Below are positions 23,801 to 49,371 of a stretch of DNA of 49,371 nt, piece after piece. Under the pieces are notes generated by a model. It did not search any database and had not been told where the DNA came from. It saw only the letters and a program-made list of their open reading frames with translations. The stretch covers positions 1-49,371 of the forward strand of contig NIVC01002075.1 of NCBI GenBank assembly GCA_002269645.1. Reading direction: 5' to 3'. A program made the position numbers and the translations under genes. This stretch comes from Macrostomum lignano. Lineage: Eukaryota. How positions within the stretch are numbered: the stretch's first letter is position 1; each line of letters starts with the position of its first letter.

Positions 23801-24052
23801 AGAGCAACTAAAGTAGCTGGAATCGGGAGTCTGGCGATAAAGAATTGCTGTCGGGGGGCGGACGGACGGGTGAGCATGGGAGTTTCCTGTAGAAATTTTC
23901 CCGCAAAAGTTTACGGATGAGATTTTTCATCCGTGGTTCTTCTAGACTTTTCGAGCGAAATTTCATATACATGTAAGCGAATTACAGAAATTGGCTAAGA
24001 GGTTCAGAGCAATCGAACTCAGGTGGTTGTTTATAAAAGCCCTAAAGGTAGG

Positions 24053-24720
24053 TGTTCCTGCCACAGACGCTCAGAAGGACTGAAATAAAGTCAAGTCCGA
24101 ACTTTGTTGTGACACAAAAACACAAACAACTTTGCAGGCTGAAAAGCCAGCTTTATACTGAAACTATTTATTATCGATCGTCTGACTCACCCTAACCACC
24201 CACCCCGCGCTAGCAAAGTACATTCAGCCAGAGTTAGAGACATCAAAAACAACTTAGCCCACACACAGCACCCGCCCCCGGCGCGCACGCAGGCCAAGTT
24301 ACCACAAGGACCGCACGCTGCTCTTCAGGTTTGATGTCGTTCGCCTCGAAAAACTGTGCTCCAGTCTGGCTTGATATTGCTGCCATTTTTCAGTCCCCTC
24401 TTCAAAGGGTTCAATTGAGCCCAACAGGCTCATGGATCGTCGCCAGTGTAAAGATTTCACTTTAGATTGTAGAACGATATACGCTTGATATGAGTCAAGT
24501 GACTGCGATTTATACTGTATTTGTTGAGCACGATACATTGGGTGGATAAGGCTTAGGGGTGGAGAGCAAGAGCGGCTAGAACAAAGAGCGTACATGAGTA
24601 AGAACGAACATATTTTCGAAAGACGCACGTAGTGAAACGGGTAAAAACACCACCTCCAAAACAATGAATAAAGTACATGCTAACAACACTAACAACAATT
24701 AGCCCAGCCAAGTCACCACA
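24053..24720 (-). mobile_element. Gypsy/Mag-like remnant: LTR (24720-24447), PBS (24445-24437), gag 5' end (24433-24307), second related LTR-like unit (24306-24053)
   Basis: Minus strand reads TGTGGTGAC...TTTACA, C, TGGCGACGA, then ATG MSLLGSIEPFEEGTEKWQQYQARLEH(fs)FFEANDIKPEEQRAV, a typical Mag-clade Gag N-terminus, interrupted by TGTGGTAAC...GGAACA. Confidence 0.8.
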
Positions 24721-24739
24721 ATAATGTTTAATAACTGCA

Positions 24740-25030
24740 TCCACGCAAGCACCGTCCCTGAGCACCAACCACTGCCACTGCCACTGCCTCCGTAGCCATG
24801 GTCCGCGGGACGCCTTCCCTCCGCCTCCCTGATGCTTCACGACCCGACGGAGCCCCTGCATTGAGGCCAAGCCCGCACCACCACTCTGCGGGCCACTCAC
24901 GGAGGATCTGCTGAGCATCGGCCTGACCCCCTTGACCGTCACTGACCTCTCCCCCAGCCTGTTCAAACAGCGTGTGCTCGCTAGCGAGGGTTCGCACACG
25001 CACAAACAAACACACAAACAAACAAACCAG
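24740..25030 (+). mobile_element. Possible LINE 3' fragment with (CAAA)n-like tail
   Basis: GC-rich patch translating ...LTEDLLSIGLTPLTVTDLSPSLFKQRV, followed by ACAAACAAAC. Weak similarity to a LINE C-terminus. Confidence 0.25.
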
Positions 25031-25990
25031 TACAGCGTATCAGGGGGAGCGGAGCGTACAGAAAATTTTGTAAAGCTCGAAAGCTCGAAAACAGCTTAAG
25101 CCCTGTTCGGGGCACGCATTTGGACTGGCTAGGCGCAGAAACATATGGGTTCGCAGAGCACGCGAAGGGTGTAAAGCCCACACACAATGTCAGGTGCAAG
25201 TAATTTGAGAGTTGAAGAGTAGCTAGACTGGCTGATCATATAAGTGCATAAAAATCTTTCTAAAACCTTCAGGCTTTGAAACAACGTTTCCGTCACGATT
25301 TCTGAATTTGATATTACGAGCGTAAGATGAAAAATTGAATTTCAAAATGATGTTTCCGCGAAAGACCCTGCTTCTGCGTCATCAATCGACTATTTCTCCA
25401 GTGTAGGAACAAAGGAACAAAACAGTTTTTAATTGCCAATCAAGGAATGCAGACAACGAGTTTCTTCTAACTTTAGTCGTTGATTACTGCGAGCGGATAT
25501 GGCGGAGAAGCTCAAACAAATTGGAAATGCGGAAGAAGCAGCACGGAGGATTACTGCAGCATGGTCGCCATCGGCGCTGCAAGAATCGGATTCTTATTTT
25601 CCCCCGAGCCGAGCTAATCGAAACGAACACGACCCGGCAGAGGAATTAGGCAAAAAAGAATTAGCTTTAGACCTCTTGCACGCAACGAGCTAGTCTCCGT
25701 CAATTTAAATAAGATGCATGCGAGAAACTGCAGAGAATTAAATAAGATTACCATAGTGGAGAAAGGCAGAAATGAATAATTAACTGGATTTCAAACTGCA
25801 ACGATCTTCTTAATTAGAATGGCTTCCTGAAGCCGAGATGAATTTTCGAAAAAAATTAAGCAGCCATGACACGTGGTGGAGTAAACAGGAAAACCAGTGT
25901 TAGCCATCAAATGGATTGAATAAATTGAATGGGCTGCATAAAATTGAGCTTTTGGAATTTTCTAAAGATATTGATCTATTGTTATCTATG

Positions 25991-28900
25991 CAATATCAGA
26001 ATCTGTCTAAATGTACATATCAGAATCTGTCTAAATGTACATATCAGAATCTGTCTAAATGTACATATCAGAATCTGTCTAAATGTACAATATCAGAATC
26101 TGTCCAAATGTACATATCAGAACCCATCTAAATGCATATATCAGAATCTGTCCAAATGTACATATCAGAATCTGTCTAAATGTACATATCAGAATCTGTC
26201 TAAATGTACAATATCAGAATCTGTCTAAATGTACATATCAGAATCTGTCTAAATGTACATATCAGAATCTGTCTAAATGTACATATCAGAATCTGTCTAA
26301 ATGTACATATCAGAATCTGTCTAAATGTACAATATCAGAATCTGTCCAAATGTACATATCAGAACCCATCTAAATGCATATATCAGAATCTGTCCAAATG
26401 TACATATCAGAATCTGTCTAAATGTACATATCAGAATCTGTCTAAATGTACATATCAGAATCTGTCTAAATGTACATATCAGAATCTGTCTAAATGTACA
26501 ATATCAGAATCTGTCCAAATGTACATATCAGAACCCATCTAAATGCATATATCAGAATCTGTCCAAATGTACATATCAGAATCTGTCTAAATGTACATAT
26601 CAGACCCCATCTAAATGTACATATCAGAATCTGTCTAAATGTACATATCAGAATCCGTCTAAATGTACATATCAGAATCAATCTAAATGTACATATCAGA
26701 ATCTGTCTGAATGTACAATATCAGAATCTGTCTAAATGTACAATATCAGAATCAATCTAAATGTACATATCAGAATCTGTCTGAATGTACAATATCAGAA
26801 TCTGTCTAAATGTACAATATCAGAATCTGTCTAAATGTACAATATCTGAATCTGTCTAAATGTACAATATCAGAATCTGTCTAAATGTACATATCAGAAT
26901 CTGTCTAAATGTACATACCAGAATCCATCTAAATGTACATATCAGAATCCATCTAAATGTACATATCAGAATCTGTCTAAATGTACATATCAGAATCTGT
27001 CTAAATGTACAATATCAGAATCTGTCTAAATGTACATATCAGAATCCGTCTAAATGTACATATCAGAATCTGTCTAAATGTACAATATCAGAATCTGTCT
27101 AAATGTACAATATCAGAATCTGTCTAAATGTACATATCAGAATCTGTCTAAATGTACAGTATCAGAATCTGTCTAAATGTACAATATCAGAATCTGTCTA
27201 AATGTACATATCAGAATCTGTCTAAATGTACATATCAGAATCTGTCTAAATGTACATATCAGAATCTGTCTAAATGTACATATCAGAATCTGTCTAAATG
27301 TACAATATCAGAATCTGTCCAAATGTACATATCAGAACCCATCTAAATGCATATATCAGAATCTGTCCAAATGTACATATCAGAATCTGTCTAAATGTAC
27401 ATATCAGACCCCATCTAAATGTACATATCAGAATCTGTCTAAATGTACAATATCAGAATCTGTCTAAATGTACATATCAGAATCTGTCTAAATGTACATA
27501 TCAGAATCTGTCTAAATGTACATATCAGAATCTGTCTAAATGTACATATCAGAATCTGTCTGAATGTACAATATCAGAATCTGTCTAAATGTACAATATC
27601 TGAATATGTCTAAATGTACAATATCAGAATCTGTCTAAATGTACAATATCAGAATCTGTCTAAATGTACATATCTGAATCTGTCTAAATGTACAAAATCT
27701 GAATCTGTCTGAATGTACAATATCAGAATCTGTCTAAATGTACAATATCTGAATATGTCTAAATGTACAATATCAGAATCTGTCTAAATGTACAATATCA
27801 GAATCTGTCTAAATGTACATATCTGAATCTGTCTAAATGTACATATCAGAATCTGTCTAAATGTACAATATCAGAATCTGTCTAAATGTACATATCAGAA
27901 TCTGTCTAAATGTACATATCAGAATCTGTCTAAATGTACATATCAGAATCTGTCTAAATGTACAATATCAGAATCTGTCTAAATGTACATATCAGAATCT
28001 GTCTAAATGTACAATATCAGAATCTGTCTAAATGTACATATCAGAATCTGTCTAAATGTACAATATCAGAATCTGTCTAAATGTACATATCAGAATCTGT
28101 CTAAATGTACAATATCAGAATCTGTCTAAATGTACATATCAGAATCTGTCTAAATGTACATATCAGAATCTGTCTAAATGTACAATATCAGAATCTGTCT
28201 AAATGTACATATCAGAATCTGTCTAAATGTACATATCAGAATCTGTCTAAATGTACATATCAGAATCTGTCTAAATGTACATATCAGAATCTGTCTAAAT
28301 GTACATATCAGAATCTGTCTAAATGTACATATCAGAATCTGTCTAAATGTACATATCAGAATCTGTCTAAATGTACATATCAGAATCTGTCTAAATGTAA
28401 AATATCAGAATCTGTCTAAATGTAAAATATCAGAATCTGTCTAAATGTACAATATCAGAATCTGTCTGAATGTACATATCAGAATCTGTCTAAATGTACA
28501 TATCAGAATCTGTCTAAATGTACAATATCAGAATCTGTCTAAATGTACATATCAGAATCTGTCTAAATGTACATATCAGAATCTGTCTAAATGTACATAT
28601 CAGAATCTGTCTAAATGTACATATCAGAATCTGTCTAAATGTACATATCAGAATCTGTCTAAATGTACATATCAGAATCTGTCTAAATGTAAAATATCAG
28701 AATCTGTCTAAATGTAAAATATCAGAATCTGTCTAAATGTACAATATCAGAATCTGTCTGAATGTACATATCAGAATCTGTCTAAATGTACATATCAGAA
28801 TCTGTCTAAATGTACAATATCAGAATCTGTCTAAATGTACATATCAGAATCTGTCTAAATGTACATATCAGAATCTGTCTAAATGTACATATCAGAATCT

Positions 28901-30257
28901 GTCTAAATGTACATATCAGAATCTGTCTAAATGTACATATCAGAATCTGTCTAAATGTACATATCAGAATCTGTCTAAATGTACATATCAGAATCTGTCT
29001 AAATGTACATATCAGAATCTGTCTAAATGTACATATCAGAATCTGTCTAAATGTACATATCAGAATCTGTCTAAATGTACATATCAGAATCTGTCTAAAT
29101 GTAAAATATCAGAATCTGTCTAAATGTAAAATATCAGAATCTGTCTAAATGTACATATCAGAATCTGTCTAAATGTACATATCAGAATCTGTCTAAATGT
29201 ACATATCAGAATCTGTCTAAATGTACATATCAGAATCTGTCTAAATGTACATATCAGAATCTGTCTAAATGTACATATCAGAATCTGTCTAAATGTACAT
29301 ATCAGAATCTGTCTAAATGTACATATCAGAATCTGTCTAAATGTAAAATATCAGAATCTGTCTAAATGTAAAATATCAGAATCTGTCTAAATGTACATAT
29401 CAGAATCTGTCTAAATGTACATATCAGAATCCGTCTAAATGTACATATCAGAATCAATCTAAATGTACATATCAGAATCTGTCTGAATGTACAATATCAG
29501 AATCTGTCTAAATGTACAATATCAGAATCAATCTAAATGTACATATCAGAATCTGTCTGAATGTACAATATCAGAATCTGTCTAAATGTACAATATCAGA
29601 ATCAATCTAAATGTACAATATCAGAATCTGTCTAAATGTACAATATCAGAATCTGTCTAAATGTACAATATCTGAATCTGTCTAAATGTACAATATCAGA
29701 ATCTGTCTAAATGTACAATATCAGAATCAATCTAAATGTACAATATCAGAATCTGTCTAAATGTACAATATCAGAATCTGTCTAAATGTACAATATCTGA
29801 ATCTGTCTAAATGTACAATATCAGAATCTGTCTAAATGTACATATCAGAATCTGTCTAAATGTACATACCAGAATCCATCTAAATGTACATATCAGAATC
29901 CATCTAAATGTACATATCAGAATCTGTCTAAATGTACATATCAGAATCTGTCTAAATGTACAATATCAGAATCTGTCTAAATGTACATATCAGAATCCGT
30001 CTAAATGTACATATCAGAATCTGTCTAAATGTACATATCAGAATCTGTCTAAATGTACAATATCAGAATCCGTCTAAATGTACATATCAGAATCCATCTA
30101 AATATACATATCAGAATCCGTCTAAATGTACATATCAGAACCCATCTAAATGTACATATCAGAATCTGTCTAAATGTACAATATCAGAATCTGTCTAAAT
30201 GTACATATCAGAACCCATCTAAATGTACATATCAGAATCTGTCTAAATGTACAATAT
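25991..30257. repeat. 24/25-bp satellite array (ATATCAGAATCTGTCTAAATGTAC), about 4.27 kb, about 175 copies
   Basis: Direct inspection; source of all IRICLNVH and YQNLSKCT ORFs. Confidence 0.99.
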
Positions 30258-30590
30258 GAAAAACGTCCCAAAATTCAATCGCGAATTCATTGCCCAGCTG
30301 TTTTTGCAATTTACCGATTGGCGAGTATGATATGACATCAAAAGTCAAGGAAGGGGCATCAACAATGAAGTCGCATATTTTCTAAAAAGCATTATTTTAC
30401 TTTTCTTATTAACATCTTTGGTGAAGGAAAATTGAACTATAGCTTCCGTGTAGAAGGCATAATTTTCTTCTGCGACTGCAAATCTTGCACCTGGGTCTTT
30501 TGTTCCTCTAAGGTACAAAAGTTTATGTGACATGACTATTTTTTCATTCGTTTTTTAAGATTCAAGCCGAGCGTAAGGTGCATGTAAGGA

Positions 30591-30833
30591 GCTAGCATGA
30601 AGTTTTGGCTAAGGCGGGAAGTTCATTATTTAGCTAGCATGAAGTTTTGGCTAAGGCGGGAAGTTCATTATTTAGCTAGCATGAAGTTTTGGCTAAGGCG
30701 GGAAGTTCATTATTTAGCTAGCATGAAGTTTTGGCTAAGGCGGGAAGTTCATTATTTAGCTAGCATGAAGTTTTGGCTAAGGCGGGAAGTTCATTATTTA
30801 GCTAGCATGAAGTTTTGGCTTAGGCGGGAAGTT
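30591..30833. repeat. 42-bp tandem repeat (GCTAGCATGAAGTTTTGGCTAAGGCGGGAAGTTCATTATTTA), about 5.8 near-identical copies
   Basis: Direct inspection. Confidence 0.95.
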
Positions 30834-31384
30834 GAGATAGCAAAGCTCAGTCTAATTCCAAATTTAATTTAATTAAAAAAGAATAATTAGCTTGTCCGCT
30901 GAAATTGAAACTCGAAAACCTTTAACTCACTCAACTTGATACGTTTGCGAAACGCGTGTTGACGATCGAGGGAGGTGTTGCAGCAGCCTGTGCGCGAGTG
31001 TTGCATATCACTGCAGAATTTAGTCCACTAAAAATGCAAATTATATTCGTCACAGCTTGCATTAATTTACCGCCTGCGCAGGTAGCAAACTGGCTACTTC
31101 TGCTAGTTAATAGCAGCCGAAAAAAATCAAGTCAAAACTTATCAGACTCTGGTAGGGGAGTTCAAATACACAGCGTCTGGAGTGGAAGCTCGGCTTTTCT
31201 GTTTGTACCACAAAAATGGCAGTACACGGTTAGTGTTATCGATATAACTTTGGTTGATTAACTCTTTAGTAGGTACCTCCGAAAGGTTTATAAAAGTTTA
31301 AAGAAAGGTTCACATGTTTAGAAAGAGTTGGAGAGATTCAAAAAGGTTTAGAAAGGCCACAAAGGTACAGCAAGGTTCACAAAC

Positions 31385-31893
31385 ATCACAAAGGTTCACA
31401 AAGGTTCATATCGGTCACAAAAGTTCAGATTGGTCACAAAAGTTCAGATCGGTCACAAAAGTTCAGATCGGTCACAAAAGTTCAGATCGGTCACAAAAGT
31501 TCAGATAGGCTACAAAGATTCAGTTAGGTCACAAAGGTTCAGATCGGTCACAAAAGTTCAGATTGGTCACAAAGGTTCAGATAGGTTACAAAAGTTCAGA
31601 TCGGTCTCAAAGTTTCAGATCGGTCACAAAGGTTCAGATCGGTCACAAAAGTTCAGATCGGTCACAAAAGTTCAGATCGGTCACAAAAGTTCAGATCGGT
31701 CACAAAAGTTCAGATCGGTCACAAAAGTTCAGATCGGTCACAAAAGTTCAGATCGGTCACAAAAGTTCAGATCGGTCACAAAGGTTCAGATCGGTCACAA
31801 AAGTTCAGATATGTCACAAAGGTTCAGATCGGTGACAAAAGTTCAGATCGGTCACAAAAGTTCAGATCGGTCACTAAGGTTCAGATAGGTCAC
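31385..31893. repeat. 20-bp minisatellite (AAAGTTCAGATCGGTCACAA-type)
   Basis: Direct inspection. Confidence 0.95.
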
Positions 31894-32084
31894 TAAGGTT
31901 CAGAGTCTATCTCATAGCTTATGTTTAATTTCCACTCCAGATCTGTAGGCGTAAAACTCCACGCGTTTTGTTAAACTAATTTCTAAACAATAATATCAAC
32001 TTTATAGGGCATGGTTGCATCTCATTACCGGGAGCTGGTAGGCGGTTAAATCAAGGTGAAATTCGCGCCTGGCACAAACAGGAA

Positions 32085-32091
32085 TATAAAA
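32085..32091 (+). promoter_or_regulatory. TATA box of the cubilin-like gene
   Basis: TATAAAA about 70 nt upstream of ATG 32159. Confidence 0.55.
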
Positions 32092-32158
32092 CCCGCGTGC
32101 CAGACCAAGAGACGCAAGCAGAGAGCACGGCTAAGCCGCTTCTCAGCGAAGCATTGAA

Positions 32159-48159
<16,001 letters not shown>

Positions 48160-48234
48160 GTGAGCCTCGCTGACTGAGCTGAATAGCACTGGACATTTTA
48201 TTGCTACTTGAGTCATGCGTCACGCATTGAGCTA

Positions 48235-49371
48235 CGAAGGTTGCCTCTCTCCCTCATTGAGCTACAGAGAAGTTACCTCCCTCCCTCATTGAGCTACAGA
48301 GAAGTTACCTCTCTCCCTCATTGAGCTACAGAGAAGTTACCTCTCTCCCTCATTGAGCTACAGAGAAGTTACCTCTCTCCCTCATTGAGATACAGAGAAG
48401 TTACCTCTCTCCCTCATTGAGCTACAGAGAAGTTACCTCTCTCCCTCATTGAGCTACAGAGAAGTTACCTCTCTCCCTCATTGAGCTACAGAGAAGTTAC
48501 CTCTCTCCCTCATTGAGCTGCAGAGAAGTTACCTCTCTCCCTCATTGAGCTACAGAGAAGTTACCTCTCTCCCTCATTGAGATACAGAGAAGTTACCTCT
48601 CTCCTCATTGAGCTACAGAGAAGTTACCTCTCTCCCTCATTGAGCTACAGAGAAGTTACCTCTCTCCCTCATTGAGCTACAGAGAAGTTACCTCTCTCCC
48701 TCATTGAGCTACAGAGAAGTTACCTCTCTCCCTCATTGAGATACAGAGAAGTTACCTCTCTCCCTCATTGAGCTACAGAGAAGTTACCTCTCTCCCTCAT
48801 TGAGCTACAGAGAAGTTACCTCTCTCCCTCATTGAGCTACAGAGAAGTTACCTCTCTCCCTCATTGAGCTACAGAGAAGTTACCTCTCTCCCTCATTGAG
48901 CTACAGAGAAGTTACCTCTCTCCCTCATTGAGCTACAGAGAAGTTACCTCTCTCCCTCATTGAGCTACAGAGAAGTTACCTCTCTCCCTCATTGAGATAC
49001 AGAGAAGTTACCTCTCTCCCTCATTGAGCTACAGAGAAGTTACCTCTCTCCCTCATTGAGATACAGAGAAGTTACCTCTCTCCCTCATTGAGCTACAGAG
49101 AAGTTACCTCTCTCCTCATTGAGCTACAGAGAAGTTACCTCTCTCTCCTCATTGAGCTACAGAGAAGTTACCTCTCTCCTCATTGAGCTACAGAGAAGTT
49201 ACCTCTCTCCCTCATTGAGCTACAGAGAAGTTACCTCTCTCCCTCATTGAGATACAGAGAAGTTACCTCTCTCCCTCATTGAGCTACAGAGAAGTTACCT
49301 CTCTCCCTCATTGAGCTACAGAGAAGTTACCTCTCTCCCTCATTGAGCTACAGAGAAGTTACCTCTCTCCC
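48235..49371. repeat. 32-bp minisatellite (CATTGAGCTACAGAGAAGTTACCTCTCTCCCT) in cubilin intron 17, running off the window
   Basis: Direct inspection; more than 35 copies. Confidence 0.98.

Noticed and set aside
25499-25693. 64-aa ORF MAEKLKQIG...
   Set aside because: No recognisable domain or consistent splice partners.
25916-30259. Many IRICLNVH / YQNLSKCT ORFs
   Set aside because: Translations of the 24/25-bp satellite.

Overview
Repeat-rich eukaryotic (metazoan, spliceosomal-intron) genomic DNA, not prokaryotic. The GC3-rich exons among very dense minisatellites resemble a free-living flatworm such as Macrostomum, but the species is only my inference. Three host genes can be reconstructed by hand. 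(1) A 3-exon LAMTOR1/p18 (Ragulator anchor) homologue on the minus strand (4216->1757), whose first exon carries an apparent 1-nt deletion in an A run. (2) An intronless, divergent rhodopsin-class GPCR on the minus strand (14031->12808). (3) The 5' part of a cubilin (CUBN) homologue on the plus strand (32159->beyond the window end): signal peptide, cubilin N-terminal region, coiled coil, 8 EGF repeats and at least 6 divergent CUB domains over 17 exons, including an 18-nt microexon. Mobile DNA: a 5'-truncated Penelope-like element with inverted terminal repeats that each contain a minimal hammerhead-ribozyme-like core, a decayed Gypsy (Mag-like) LTR element, a second LTR-PBS-gag-LTR remnant, a solo-LTR-like element with a partial second copy, a LINE 3' fragment with an 18-bp TSD, three tRNA-derived SINEs, and a MITE with an 8-bp TSD. 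There are more than 20 tandem arrays, and most long ORFs in the supplied track are artefacts of them. All calls come from manual reading and recalled family motifs; no database search was run.
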